The translations under genes were made by a program, and so were the position numbers. From an uncultured virus (IMG/VR IMGVR_UViG_3300027808_002699) (lineage: Duplodnaviria > Heunggongvirae > Uroviricota > Caudoviricetes): a DNA stretch of 64,000 nt. The stretch is from the IMG/VR virus record IMGVR_UViG_3300027808_002699; one strand, written 5' to 3'. Position 1 is the first letter of the stretch. Each line of letters starts with the position of its first letter. Shown piece after piece: positions 38,680 through 49,132 of this stretch. Under the pieces are notes generated by a model. The model searched no databases and had not been told where the DNA came from. It was given only the letters and a program-made list of their open reading frames with translations.

Positions 38680-41600
38680 CTATAAACCTATCAAACTAGA
38701 GACAACTTTGACTGAAGCGTTTGTAGTCAAAGCGTCGGTAACTGTTGCCTGAATAAGAACATTGAGTCCACTAATTGAAGTTGAAATTGTTAGCGGGATA
38801 CGGCTTGCTCCAATTTCAATAACACCATATTCAGAAAGTGTTGGGACTGTTCCGTTGTGTATTAGAAGAATCTTAGAAACTGTGTACTTTGTACCTTGAG
38901 TTACTTGGATTAAGAACTCACCACTGCGCATTACTGTCTTGTCAAAACTTGTGATAGTTGTTGCGCTGTTTGTTGTAAGGCTTGTTTCCTGAACAGAACT
39001 AGAACCTCCACCATTTGTTTCAACCCAAAATGAATCGTAATACACAAAAGTTTTACCAGTATCAGACTCAAACCAAATATCACCTATAGAAGGAGATACT
39101 GGTGGAGTATCTGAAACAATGATTACCCCTGCAGGACCCGTGGCTCCATCTATGCCAGTTGCGCCAACTGGACCAGTCGCGCCAGTAGTTCCTGTGGCAC
39201 CCGCTAAACCAGTTGCACCTACAGTTCCCTGAATTCCCGTTGCCCCAGTAATGCCAGTAGGGCCAGTCGGGCCCTCAACGCCTTGCACTCCCTGAATTCC
39301 AGTAGCGCCAGTCGCACCCAGTGGTCCAGTAGCCCCAGTCAACCCAGTCGGTCCAGTCGGCCCAGTAGCGCCAGTCGCTCCTTTTTCTGCAAATGTTGTC
39401 CACCATGTGTTTTCGGCAGGGGCAGTGCCATCAATTGTTTGAATACAAATCCACGAAGAGCCAGCATATGTAACTACATGATTTACATAATATTGTGCTC
39501 CAACATTCCATGCTCCACGGAATGTAAAACCTGCGCCAGTTGCGCCAGTTGGGCCAGTAGGACCAACCTGCGTGTAGGTCACCTGGGTAATCGTTGCGAT
39601 AACCGAAGGGGTCGTAGGAGCCACAGGAGTAGTAGTCGCAGGGGTGTAAATAAGACCTACATCAGTAGAAGTTGCATACCACCACAACTCGATATAATCA
39701 CCGTCGTTCGCTGCGGTACCGACAAGAGACATCGTTGCCAACGATTCAGAAGGAATACCAGCACTTTTTCTTCCCCTAAGGAAAACTTGCGTATTCGAAT
39801 CTGCCCAGTCGGTACCGTTGTAGCGAATCCAAAAATATGCTTCCTGAACATCATTGGACAAGTTTGATACTTGCGCAATAAAGTTGAACATGTAGGTTCC
39901 AGCACTAGCGAAAGTGATTCTTTGACCACTTGTGATGCTCACCCCGAAAGGTGTTGGGTACTCAGAACCAAAAGTAACAGCCTTAGGAGTTAACGCAGTC
40001 TCAAGTGTTTGGTTCTGGTCGCTATAAAACCCACCAAAGTAAGCAATTGTTCCACCAGCACCAGTTGCACCAGTTGGGCCGATTGGACCTGCACCGCCGA
40101 CATTGACGAAAGTCATTCCGTCCGTGCCGATAATGATTGACTCGTCTAGGTTGGTTCCGTACGAGTTCATCATCCACGATGTTCCGCCATTGGCTGTTCC
40201 CTGAGCGACAAACGCATAGTCACCGTTATGGACTTCAATGTCATCGCCTTTGTTGTCAAAATCAAGAGCGCGAGTCAAGCGCCAATAGGTAGCAGGACCA
40301 CCAGCGACAGACAAAACATAGATGCCGTTATGAATCGGGTTCAACTGATTTTTTACAAGAACACGGTCGCCAACAAGGTCAACAAGATGCGAGTCAACAT
40401 ACAAAGCACCATACGATGTTGCTTGAAGGTATGCGCCAAAACCAAGACCATTATTGTCGTCAGCGGTCCCTGCTGTGTACGAAGGAGTGTTGGGAAGAAC
40501 TACAGCGGTAGCAGCGTGGACGGATTCATGAGAGTTAAGGTTTCCAACTGGGCCAGTCGCGCCAGTCGCACCAGTCGCACCAGTAAGACCTGTTGGGCCT
40601 GTTGGGCCTGTTGGACCTGCAACTATTGAATCAGCACCAGTTGGGCCTGTTGGGCCAGTAGGACCTTCCACTCCAGTAGCACCAGTCAGTCCTGTTGGCC
40701 CAAGTGGTCCAGTAGCACCAATCGGACCAGTAGCGCCTGTAGCGCCGTCTAGTCCTTGGAGACCGCTTGCCCCTGTTGCACCTGTTGGGCCTTCTAGCCC
40801 AGTTGGTCCTGTGACTCCCTGGATGCCCGTAGGGCCTGTGTCTCCAGTGGCACCAACTGGGCCCGTAGCGCCAGTAGGACCAGTTGGTCCAAGTGGCTGG
40901 GGGCCTACTTCAACCCATACAAAATCGTAATAAATAAAAGTGATACCAGTATCGGACTCAAACCACAGGTCACCTTCAGCGGGACTTAGCGGCGGTTCAT
41001 CAGAAACAGTCACATAAGCAACTCCAGTGGCTCCAGCAGGTCCTGTGGCTCCAGTGGGGCCAGTAGCACCAGTAGCGCCATCTAATCCGACATATCCGTC
41101 TGCACCGCTTGGGCCAGTAGCCCCAGTTGGTCCAGTTGCTCCGTCTGAACCGACATAACCATCTGCACCGCTTGCGCCAGTCGCTCCCGTTGGGCCTTCT
41201 GGGCCGACAGGACCTGTAGCACCCATTGAACCAGTCGGACCTTCAATGCCAGTAGCGCCAGTTGCGCCATCAGCACCAGTAACCCCAGTTGCTCCAGCGG
41301 GTCCAGTTGGCCCCTCAATACCAGTGGCACCAGTGTCGCCTGTTAATCCAGTTGCTCCCGTTAGTCCTGTAGGGCCCGTCGCTCCAGCATCTCCAGTTAA
41401 ACCAGTCGCACCCGTAGGTCCAGTCAAGCCTGTCGGTCCAATATCTCCAGGAACTCCCTGAATACCATCCACACCTGTCGGGCCAGTTGCACCTGTCGCA
41501 CCGACTGAAACAATCATTGTCCAGTCGGTTGGTGGGGCTACTCCTGCGACTCCAAAATTAGATGTACGAACCCATACTGAGCCTTCGTATGTTACGGAAT

Positions 41601-42636
41601 CACGAAATACATAAGGATAAATAGCGCTATAAACACCTAAGTAGTTTGTTGCTAACGGTCCTGTTGCACCAGTTAGGCCAGTTGGTCCTGTTGGTCCAAC
41701 TACATACCCGACTTCTGTCCATCCATAGCCAGCACCACTTGGACCGTAAGTGTAAAAACTTCCTTCGCTTGTTACAAAACGAATTTCAGCCAATGAGCCA
41801 TATATTGCAGTGAGGTCTTCATAGGTTGCAACTTCTGCCCCAATGCTTACAGAGATTCCACTGGGACCAGTTGCACCCGATGGTCCTTCTGGACCTGTTG
41901 GACCTGTTGGACCTGTTGGACCTGGGTCTCCGTTTGCCCCACTTGCGCCACTTACTCCACGGAGTCCTACAACGCTAAAAAACCAATCCGAATGCTCTGT
42001 GTTATTTCCAACAAAAGACGGATATACGGTTATCGAAACATCCGTTATTACCTCTATTGGTCCCTCAATGAAATCATTGACAGGGTTTGTTTCAGAAGCA
42101 ACTCTTACATATTGACCAGTTTGGTATGCGCCAGTATCTGTTGTTCCAAAAACAAACGGTCCGCTCGGTCCAGGACTTATCGTGCTATCTGAATAAACGA
42201 GATAACTTGGGCCAGTAGCCCCAGTTGGTCCAGTTGCTCCATCTGAACCGACATATCCATCTGCACCGCTTGGACCTGTTGCACCCGCAGGGCCTGTGGG
42301 TCCAGTCGCACCAGTTGGTCCAGCATCACCTGTATACGGAACAAACTTTGTTCCATCAAAACGAAGAATCTGGCCTGGCTCAGCAGTGGTCGTATCAATT
42401 TCAATACCATCAACAAAAATCGCTGATACTTTTACAATTCCGTCGCTCTTTAGAGTTCCAGCCTCATCGCGATAAAGATTGACATCACCTGGAGCGCCAC
42501 CGCCACCCCATACAATTTTTCCACCAGCCTCAATATGTAGACGCGCGTCTGAATCACCGTCAACAACAACATCGATTGCCGTTGAAGCCGCTGAGCCTAG
42601 TTTATCTAGGCGTAAACGCTCTCTAAATTTTGGCAT
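38680..42636 (-). CDS. Large collagen-like fibre protein (1318 aa)
   Basis: Several long GPT/GAT/GLT tracts separated by globular modules (two SD.PP.SP..GD.WFESDTG modules, one RVLVKNQ....NGIY module). Confidence 0.9.
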   Translation of the reverse strand: MPKFRERLRLDKLGSAASTAIDVVVDGDSDARLHIEAGGKIVWGGGGAPGDVNLYRDEAGTLKSDGIVKVSAIFVDGIEIDTTTAEPGQILRFDGTKFVPYTGDAGPTGATGPTGPAGATGPSGADGYVGSDGATGPTGATGPSYLVYSDSTISPGPSGPFVFGTTDTGAYQTGQYVRVASETNPVNDFIEGPIEVITDVSITVYPSFVGNNTEHSDWFFSVVGLRGVSGASGANGDPGPTGPTGPTGPEGPSGATGPSGISVSIGAEVATYEDLTAIYGSLAEIRFVTSEGSFYTYGPSGAGYGWTEVGYVVGPTGPTGLTGATGPLATNYLGVYSAIYPYVFRDSVTYEGSVWVRTSNFGVAGVAPPTDWTMIVSVGATGATGPTGVDGIQGVPGDIGPTGLTGPTGATGLTGDAGATGPTGLTGATGLTGDTGATGIEGPTGPAGATGVTGADGATGATGIEGPTGSMGATGPVGPEGPTGATGASGADGYVGSDGATGPTGATGPSGADGYVGLDGATGATGPTGATGPAGATGVAYVTVSDEPPLSPAEGDLWFESDTGITFIYYDFVWVEVGPQPLGPTGPTGATGPVGATGDTGPTGIQGVTGPTGLEGPTGATGASGLQGLDGATGATGPIGATGPLGPTGLTGATGVEGPTGPTGPTGADSIVAGPTGPTGPTGLTGATGATGATGPVGNLNSHESVHAATAVVLPNTPSYTAGTADDNNGLGFGAYLQATSYGALYVDSHLVDLVGDRVLVKNQLNPIHNGIYVLSVAGGPATYWRLTRALDFDNKGDDIEVHNGDYAFVAQGTANGGTSWMMNSYGTNLDESIIIGTDGMTFVNVGGAGPIGPTGATGAGGTIAYFGGFYSDQNQTLETALTPKAVTFGSEYPTPFGVSITSGQRITFASAGTYMFNFIAQVSNLSNDVQEAYFWIRYNGTDWADSNTQVFLRGRKSAGIPSESLATMSLVGTAANDGDYIELWWYATSTDVGLIYTPATTTPVAPTTPSVIATITQVTYTQVGPTGPTGATGAGFTFRGAWNVGAQYYVNHVVTYAGSSWICIQTIDGTAPAENTWWTTFAEKGATGATGPTGPTGLTGATGPLGATGATGIQGVQGVEGPTGPTGITGATGIQGTVGATGLAGATGTTGATGPVGATGIDGATGPAGVIIVSDTPPVSPSIGDIWFESDTGKTFVYYDSFWVETNGGGSSSVQETSLTTNSATTITSFDKTVMRSGEFLIQVTQGTKYTVSKILLIHNGTVPTLSEYGVIEIGASRIPLTISTSISGLNVLIQATVTDALTTNASVKVVSSLIGL
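41108..42272. repeat. 67-bp direct repeat pair (41108-41174 and 42206-42272, 2 mismatches) inside the collagen gene
   Basis: cttgggccagtagccccagttggtccagttgctcc[g/a]tctgaaccgacata[a/t]ccatctgcaccgcttg. Confidence 0.85.
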
Positions 42637-42676
42637 GGCCGCGACCAGTCCTTATCTGCGCCCTCAAGCGCTTCTA

Positions 42677-44347
42677 CTATTCTGCTGCGATTACAACAAT
42701 GCGATATTGCTGATTTGTTGGTGCTGTGGAGAATACCAGGTTTACAACATCTGTGCTATAGCGAACCACATCACAGTAAACAGTGCTTCCGCTTGATACT
42801 TCATAAATCTCAACTGTTACATCGGTTGTTCCGAGGCTGTGAGTTACTACTGCAGTAGTTGAACCAGCAGGAACATAAGCCTTGTACTTGGTTGGTACAG
42901 CGAGTGCGCTACGAGCATCTGCTGCCGTAGTTGAGTTAGTACCACCATTGGCGATTGGAAGAACACCAGTAACTGCAGAAGTTGAAGCAAGGTTGATTGC
43001 TCCGAAACTTGGAGTTCCATCAGAACCAGCCTGAAGTACTTGATACTGGGTTCCAGCAGCAGTTACTTGAAGTGGGTCTGTGGTATTTCCATAAATAATA
43101 CCGTTAGTTGTAAAGGTTGCAGCACCTGTACCGCCATAACCCACAACAACCGTATCTGCTGTCCATTCACCAGTTGTGATTGTTCCAAGGGTTGTAATGG
43201 TTGACTGACCAACATATGTAGAAGCAATATCTACTGCGTTGGCTGTTACATCAATACGGTCAGTGGTGCCACGAACATGAAGGGTATTTCCTTCTTTTTC
43301 AAGGCCATCTCCAGCCTCAATTGAACCAGCGCCAGAGAACTGAACCCATGCAATTGGGTCTGTCCCAACAGCGATTGCTCCGTTGCTTGATACAACCCAT
43401 CCGCTATCAGCGTTTACATGACCTTCTTCGACGAAAGTAAATGTTCCACCAGATACTTCACCAGTATCTACAGTTCCATCAGCATCAGTAGCACGAAGTG
43501 CAGCGCCTGAAGCCTGAACAACATAAATGCCGTTTTGAGAAGCAGTCGCTTGGTCCTTTACGAGAACACGGTCACCAGCAACAAGTGTTACATCGGTATC
43601 AAGAACATCGCCAGGCTCAAGTCCAGAAGCGATAAGAACTGGTGCGGTTGTTGCAACTCGAACTGACTGCTTAACATCAAGACCCTGACGAGCAGCGTCT
43701 ACATAGCCCTTATTGGCTGCATCGGTTGCATCTGTTGGGGTAGCGAGGTTAGTAATCTTTTGACTATTGAAGGATACAGAAGATGTCGGAACAGACATTT
43801 GGTCAAGACGATTTGCCTGAACACGAGTATCAAGGTAGTAAAGGTTTACATCACCTTCTTCAATTTCGTCAGTTGTGTGACCAGAGAGAGATGTAACGGT
43901 TCCAGCAGAACCGCTTACATTTCCAGTTACATCACCAGTGAGATTGGCAGAGATTGTACCAGCAGCAAAATTACCATCACCATCACGCTTAACAATCGTG
44001 CTTGCGGTATTAAGATTAGTGGCATTATTGACCAATGTATAATGAGTCGAAGACATGGAACCAGCATTGGAACCATCTGCTGCAGAAATGCTAATTGCTG
44101 GAGTTGAAGTTCCATCACTTACTTGAATTGGTGATGTTCCAGTAACGCTTGTTACTGTTCCAGGCTTTCCTAGGTCTTTCCATGCAGGAGCCGCACCGCC
44201 AACTGTGCAGACAAAGACTGTCTGGCTTACTGAGTTGTAGTAGAACTGTCCTTCTTTTGGAAGGGATGGAGGACCACTCAACACTTGAATTACGGCAGAG
44301 CGCAATTCATTTTGGTTAAGGTCTACATTGTTTACGAATTTTGGCAT
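42677..44347 (-). CDS. Putative virion structural/fibre protein
   Basis: KITNLATPT..TDAANK.YVD, GLDVKQSVRVATT, DRVLVKDQ....QNGIY, and two GGTG-type motifs. Confidence 0.75.
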   Translation of the reverse strand: MPKFVNNVDLNQNELRSAVIQVLSGPPSLPKEGQFYYNSVSQTVFVCTVGGAAPAWKDLGKPGTVTSVTGTSPIQVSDGTSTPAISISAADGSNAGSMSSTHYTLVNNATNLNTASTIVKRDGDGNFAAGTISANLTGDVTGNVSGSAGTVTSLSGHTTDEIEEGDVNLYYLDTRVQANRLDQMSVPTSSVSFNSQKITNLATPTDATDAANKGYVDAARQGLDVKQSVRVATTAPVLIASGLEPGDVLDTDVTLVAGDRVLVKDQATASQNGIYVVQASGAALRATDADGTVDTGEVSGGTFTFVEEGHVNADSGWVVSSNGAIAVGTDPIAWVQFSGAGSIEAGDGLEKEGNTLHVRGTTDRIDVTANAVDIASTYVGQSTITTLGTITTGEWTADTVVVGYGGTGAATFTTNGIIYGNTTDPLQVTAAGTQYQVLQAGSDGTPSFGAINLASTSAVTGVLPIANGGTNSTTAADARSALAVPTKYKAYVPAGSTTAVVTHSLGTTDVTVEIYEVSSGSTVYCDVVRYSTDVVNLVFSTAPTNQQYRIVVIAAE

Positions 44348-44370
44348 TGTTCCTCCAGAACTATTCTATA

Positions 44371-45039
44371 TTAAGAAAGATACGCTTTTCCAGCGAACGA
44401 GTGTGCGAAGGTCACGATTAAGTTGTTTGAATCAATATATTCAACATCTCCGATTACTGAATTATCTCCAGAGTCGACAACCGTCACATTTGGATAAAAC
44501 CTTAAATTATGAGTAATATACCATATTGTTGTAGCAGAATACTGCTCAAAAACAAACTTTGACTTTTCTCTTACTTCTACAATTGCATCCTGAACATTTG
44601 TTGAAAATATTTCGGTTGTTGGGGTAAATTCAATAGACTCAGCACCGAATAGTTCTAATGAATCTACATATTCTTTTGTGGCATAGTTTTGAGTAATAAC
44701 TGTTTGAATATTTGGAACAAGGTCTGCTAGGTCAACTGCACCATCTACGGCACCCTTGTTGATTGCAATGAAGTACTTATTTTCATTGGAATCGTTAATT
44801 CTCTCAGTGACTTCATAGGTAACACCACGAGGGGTTGTGAAATCACCATTTGTGGCAGCGAGATTTACACTTATATATCCAGTTTCATCCAATACGGCAA
44901 CTAGTTCGATTGGTGAAATGCTTTCGTTAGTAACCGTGTCGCGCATTGTCTCTGTTGCAATGAAGGTTACTGAGCCAGTTGCTGGTGAAGAATCAGGCTT
45001 TAAGTATGTTGCTGTGACTTCTATGATAGTGAATGCCAT
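44371..45039 (-). CDS. Putative structural protein
   Basis: Beta-rich N-terminus; YATKEYVD; C-terminal W.I.HNL..YP.VTVVDS......GDV.Y.D.N....F......GKAYL module. Confidence 0.7.
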   Translation of the reverse strand: MAFTIIEVTATYLKPDSSPATGSVTFIATETMRDTVTNESISPIELVAVLDETGYISVNLAATNGDFTTPRGVTYEVTERINDSNENKYFIAINKGAVDGAVDLADLVPNIQTVITQNYATKEYVDSLELFGAESIEFTPTTEIFSTNVQDAIVEVREKSKFVFEQYSATTIWYITHNLRFYPNVTVVDSGDNSVIGDVEYIDSNNLIVTFAHSFAGKAYLS

Positions 45040-45040
45040 A

Positions 45041-45430
45041 TTAAACCTTACGATAAATATTCAGGGTAAGTGCATGATGGATTATTCCATCATCAAATTG
45101 AACGATTCTTTGAGTATCTATTAGTCTACATCTAAATACTTTATTATCTGAACCAGTTAAAGAAGCAGTATCGAGTCCAGTTATTAAAGAACTAATAATC
45201 GAATCGTTTTCTTCTGTTCTTTTTTCCCACAAATCAACTTGAACCATATAATTTCTTGCAAGAATTTTTTTATCTCCAGTTAGCGCAACTCTGTCATTTA
45301 GTCTGTCGGCATATGTGACATAAGGATAAGCGGTTGTTGGTGGAGCGAAATCTTTAAATACTTTAGATTCTATCTCTGCTATGGCAAGTGAAAGTATCTT
45401 GGTTCTTAGTGCTGATGCTATTGAAGACAT
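45041..45430 (-). CDS. Tail terminator / tail completion protein (DUF3168-like)
   Basis: AP....YPYVTY and QVDLW; last gene of the neck module. Confidence 0.75.
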   Translation of the reverse strand: MSSIASALRTKILSLAIAEIESKVFKDFAPPTTAYPYVTYADRLNDRVALTGDKKILARNYMVQVDLWEKRTEENDSIISSLITGLDTASLTGSDNKVFRCRLIDTQRIVQFDDGIIHHALTLNIYRKV

Positions 45431-45873
45431 TACTTATTACCCAAATTCTTAAATCCATTAGCGCTTCTTTGTATTGAATCTCGCCACCTATTGGCAACAG
45501 TATTTGTAATAAATTTATGGAAGTCGGCATCGGCGGCTAGTTTTCGCATAAAAGGATGAGGAGCGGCTTTGTTCTTTCCGCCATGACCAAACTCTACTGA
45601 TGCCGCATATGGCGCTGTGGGTCCATATGCGGCTACTGCTGGGTTTCCAGGCCTTGCAGGAACAGTTATGACAGAATCCCTCAAAAAGCCTGTTTTTAAT
45701 GCTGGCGGCTTTCCTGGAGCAGACTTAGATGTACTGCTTACAATCTGCCTGACTCTCTTATTTCCTTCATTTGCGCAATCGGTTGCAGATTCAGCATTTT
45801 TTTTAATAGCCGCATCTATTGCTCGTTGAATTTCTTTTTCTCTCATCTTCATTTGGTGCTGTAAAGTAGCCAT
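45430..45873 (-). CDS. HK97 gp10-like neck protein
   Basis: SAPG.PPA..TG.LR.S, YA..VEFG, APHPFMR. Confidence 0.85.
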   Translation of the reverse strand: MATLQHQMKMREKEIQRAIDAAIKKNAESATDCANEGNKRVRQIVSSTSKSAPGKPPALKTGFLRDSVITVPARPGNPAVAAYGPTAPYAASVEFGHGGKNKAAPHPFMRKLAADADFHKFITNTVANRWRDSIQRSANGFKNLGNK

Positions 45874-46209
45874 TTAGACCCTGATTATTCTTACTTGAGC
45901 ACGGAGATGGCTAGGAGTATAAATCACGGCATCGACTTCATAGATTCCATCTTCAGTCTGATTTTTACCGCTTATGACAATTTGGTCACCTTGGGAGATA
46001 TTGGTGTTTTTAGGAAGTCTTGCGAAAGCCACAATGCGCTCTCCATATTGACCTCCAATTTCTGGATTTCTGTCATACATAAGAGTGTGATGGAATGAAC
46101 CACGGACAGTCGTGTCTACTTCATCAGCAATCCACAGTCCATCTTCCCGAACAATAACTTCAGGTGCTGTAACTTTTCTGACAATAATTTTGTCTCGAAA
46201 GCCCCTCAT
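45874..46209 (-). CDS. Putative head-closure protein
   Basis: 111 aa, beta-rich, I..GD.I......YEV..V; position between adaptor and gp10-like genes. Confidence 0.65.
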   Translation of the reverse strand: MRGFRDKIIVRKVTAPEVIVREDGLWIADEVDTTVRGSFHHTLMYDRNPEIGGQYGERIVAFARLPKNTNISQGDQIVISGKNQTEDGIYEVDAVIYTPSHLRAQVRIIRV

Positions 46210-46211
46210 AA

Positions 46212-46772
46212 TTAAATGATTACTCTTCGTTTAAATTTGTTTGCCATTTTCAGTTCTGCTTCTGTAAAACCTGAAGCACCCTGTTCGGACATGTAGTACT
46301 GGCTGTTCTCAACATTCATACGCATTAGGCCTTGAGCATCGAGAAGGACTTTATTCATTTCTCGTCCTGCTGCTGCAAGCATAATGAAGGACAGACTTTC
46401 CATATCTTGTGAAACTGGTCCAGCGGTATAACTTACTATCGCACGATAACCATCTCCAGAAATTAAAATGTTATCGATTCCCCAAGGATAGATATCAAAA
46501 TCTACAAGATTCTGTTCTACTTCAGTTCCAGCAAGACCAATATAAAAACTAGTAACTTCAATTACTGGTGCCTTATAGAGAAATATTTGTTTTTGGCTTA
46601 CTTTTAAGCGATGAACTTCGTCAATAACTTGAACGGGAGAAATTGGAATATTTAGATACATTGACAAATAGCGCTCTAGGCTAGAGATGATTGTCGTTGC
46701 GGCAGCCCTTTGTCCAGTATCAAATTCGTGATTCATATACCTTTGAAGGTCTGTATAAGTGATGACTGCCAT
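46212..46772 (-). CDS. Head-tail adaptor/connector
   Basis: ITY.DL..Y, L...PV..VTS, V.YTAG, and E......KRR end; first neck gene. Confidence 0.75.
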   Translation of the reverse strand: MAVITYTDLQRYMNHEFDTGQRAAATTIISSLERYLSMYLNIPISPVQVIDEVHRLKVSQKQIFLYKAPVIEVTSFYIGLAGTEVEQNLVDFDIYPWGIDNILISGDGYRAIVSYTAGPVSQDMESLSFIMLAAAGREMNKVLLDAQGLMRMNVENSQYYMSEQGASGFTEAELKMANKFKRRVII

Positions 46773-46813
46773 AGCGCTATTTTACATCCGATTGTCTGAG
46801 GGTGGTGAGGGGT

Positions 46814-47200
46814 CTAATCTGCTTCCTCTAACCAGAATATTTTTTTATATGGGAAAGCAGTCAGTGAATTAGATTCATCAGATTTTATAATAAATCCAAG
46901 TTCTTCATCATTTATACTGACATCAGTATACAAAACTTTACCAGATAGTGAATATATTACAATATTGTCATCTAGCGGTTCCCACTTGTAGTTGACGCTT
47001 ATTGTTCGATTGGTTTTTAATGCGTTTACCACAAGAACTTTTGTGGTAATTGTATTAAAAACTTCGTCATTTGGATACTCTGGATACAGTTCATCATTAT
47101 GAATAGACTGCATATATAATGCTGCTTTTATGTAATTAAAAGGTTGTCCAGAATCCCATGCTTTTGCATAGTCGTGACTAGCAAAATTATCAGAATCCAT
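46814..47200 (-). CDS. Hypothetical protein
   Basis: 128 aa, AT-rich, between capsid and adaptor genes. Confidence 0.6.
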   Translation of the reverse strand: MDSDNFASHDYAKAWDSGQPFNYIKAALYMQSIHNDELYPEYPNDEVFNTITTKVLVVNALKTNRTISVNYKWEPLDDNIVIYSLSGKVLYTDVSINDEELGFIIKSDESNSLTAFPYKKIFWLEEAD

Positions 47201-47202
47201 TA

Positions 47203-47367
47203 TTACTTTGTTTCTGTTACACCAAATGAAGAACTGCCGATAGGCATTACCTTGTACTTCATCGCTTGCTCAAGAGTCATGCGCTCACCCTTACGGGCTA
47301 CAAGTGTTTGCTTACCATCTATGTCTTCCCAAATATCTTTTGGGGCAACGACTGAAATATCTGCCAT
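47203..47367 (-). CDS. Small protein after the capsid gene (54 aa, not in the ORF track)
   Basis: My translation: MADISVVAPKDIWEDIDGKQTLVARKGERMTLEQAMKYKVMPIGSSSFGVTETK*; TACAAT 6 nt upstream of the ATG. Confidence 0.7.
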   Translation of the reverse strand: MADISVVAPKDIWEDIDGKQTLVARKGERMTLEQAMKYKVMPIGSSSFGVTETK

Positions 47368-47383
47368 GTTGAAATTGTACCAT

Positions 47384-47416
47384 AAAAAGCAAAAGAGCGG
47401 GTATTTCTACCCGCTC
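47384..47416 (-). terminator. Intrinsic terminator after the major capsid gene
   Basis: RNA GAGCGGGUA-GAAA-UACCCGCUC followed by UUUUGCUUUUU. Confidence 0.9.
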
Positions 47417-47441
47417 CAATGCAATTATTTGCTGACTGTTA

Positions 47442-48734
47442 TCAGACAGGTGCGCCGTCGAAGTTGACTTCAACGAACGACTCTGGACGCTTAACAGCAA
47501 GTGCGAGACGCTCTTCAGCGAGTACTGCAATTGCGTTGCGAACAAAGAAGTCGCTGTGCTGCTCGGAAACACGAATGGTTCCTTGCATGCGGTCAAACAA
47601 AGTTGCTCCGATACCGAACGAACCGACAAGAGCGTAGCCCTCTTCGATTGCTGGTGTCTCAACAACTGGCAAACGCCACATACGGGCTTCTGCACCGATT
47701 GCAACAGACATAACCATGAGGTAGTTCTGAATGCCGTCTTTGCTGAGTTCGATTGCCTCGTAGTCATTCGGGTGAATGATTACGCCTGTTGGCTCGTAGT
47801 AAGCAAGCAGTGACTTGGTGATGGCGCGACGAACTGCGTCAATACGGGTATCGTACTGTGCTCCAGCGCTCCAGTCGTAGGTCTGAACACCAGAGGTGTT
47901 ACGGATGCCTGTCAAGTTGGTGCCAGTACCGTCACCGTTAAGGATTTGGTCATCTTCCGTGAGGCGCAAACCGTAAAGAAGTTCGTTGTCGATGATGCCG
48001 CGAAGGGTTGGTTCATCGTCAAGAACATTGCGGTGAGCAACTTCATAATGAGCAATCGTGCGCACTGGAGCCTGAACACCAGTAACTGAAAGCGAGGACT
48101 GTGGCTTGGCTGCGAATGCAGAACCGTCACGCTCGGCAACAGTTGCTGAGTTGTTGGTGAAACCAGTTACACGGAAATACTCAATCATGTTGGTATTTGT
48201 CTGCTGAATGTCGAACAAGTCACGAACACGGCTGGTGCGCTTTGCGCGCTCAACAATGCCCAAACGCTGTGGGGTACCGAAGTCGGTTGGTGTTCCACTT
48301 GGCAAGCCAGTGTAAACATCCTTGACTCCGTAACGCGAACCCAGGTCTCCCGTTACCGAGAAAGGTGTGTTCATCGTGTAGCCAGCCTTGCCGCCCATGA
48401 GCGCCTTGAACTCGCCAGAATCAATGAATTCCTGACCGAGGGACTTGAAGCCTGAAGTCTGAGGAGTAAAGAGGCTTGGTGCCGACTGAGGTGTTTCCAC
48501 ACCCTGTGCCCATGCTTTTACTTCGTCAAAACCTTCAAGGGCTTCAATTTCTGAACGGATTTCGCGAGCCTTTGCGAGGTTAGAGCGGAATGCTTCAACA
48601 TGCTTGACTTGTGCTTGAATCTCAGGGCCACCCTCTTCGCGGTTTGCATCAACATGATTAACGATTGTGTCGTTTTCGTTGAGGACCGTTTTGAGGGCTG
48701 ACTTGAGTTCCTGAATGCGGCTGTTATAAGCCAT
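47442..48734 (-). CDS. Major capsid protein, HK97 family
   Basis: Coiled-coil delta domain; VAE....KPQS.L, VRTIAH, EDDQILNGDGTG.NL.GI, F.RN...VLAEERLALAV.RPESFV. Confidence 0.97.
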   Translation of the reverse strand: MAYNSRIQELKSALKTVLNENDTIVNHVDANREEGGPEIQAQVKHVEAFRSNLAKAREIRSEIEALEGFDEVKAWAQGVETPQSAPSLFTPQTSGFKSLGQEFIDSGEFKALMGGKAGYTMNTPFSVTGDLGSRYGVKDVYTGLPSGTPTDFGTPQRLGIVERAKRTSRVRDLFDIQQTNTNMIEYFRVTGFTNNSATVAERDGSAFAAKPQSSLSVTGVQAPVRTIAHYEVAHRNVLDDEPTLRGIIDNELLYGLRLTEDDQILNGDGTGTNLTGIRNTSGVQTYDWSAGAQYDTRIDAVRRAITKSLLAYYEPTGVIIHPNDYEAIELSKDGIQNYLMVMSVAIGAEARMWRLPVVETPAIEEGYALVGSFGIGATLFDRMQGTIRVSEQHSDFFVRNAIAVLAEERLALAVKRPESFVEVNFDGAPV

Positions 48735-48766
48735 AATTTACTTCTCCTTAGAAGTTGTGGGAACGG

Positions 48767-48824
48767 TTGACAAGGTAAGCACCTCGTTGATGCAATTATG
48801 CACCCGTTGGGCTTACTTTGTCAA
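48767..48824 (-). promoter_or_regulatory. Capsid promoter (TTGACA-18 nt-CATAAT) embedded in a 14-bp inverted repeat
   Basis: Minus-strand TTGACA at 48824-48819 and CATAAT at 48800-48795; arms ttgacaaggtaagc and gcttactttgtcaa. Confidence 0.65.
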
Positions 48825-48844
48825 GTAGGGTATTATTGTAATTC

Positions 48845-49132
48845 TTAATTAATATCATCGTTGTCGTCATCAGTATTGAATTCAAAGTCTAAATCACTAT
48901 AAATCGAATCTGCCTCAATAAGAGTAACGCCATTTAATGTGACCTTTGGCCCAATTTTTAAATCCTCCATAGAATCCAAAATTTGCTCAAAGATTGCACT
49001 TGCTATAAACGGTGGCACTGAGCCCAAATCAACATGAATTGGTTCATTGGGGTCATCGTAAGATAGTGAAATTGTGATAACTGGAAATTTCATATTCATA
49101 TCGTTGGCGAAGATATCTTTATTATCAGGCAC
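48845..49132 (-). CDS. Small acidic hypothetical protein
   Basis: 95 aa, coupled to the metallophosphoesterase gene. Confidence 0.6.
   Translation of the reverse strand: MPDNKDIFANDMNMKFPVITISLSYDDPNEPIHVDLGSVPPFIASAIFEQILDSMEDLKIGPKVTLNGVTLIEADSIYSDLDFEFNTDDDNDDIN

Noticed and set aside
42637..42676. GC-rich mini-hairpin (GCGC-TTGAGG-GCGC) upstream of the large collagen gene
   Set aside because: The stem is too short to distinguish from chance without homologs, and there is no U-tract.
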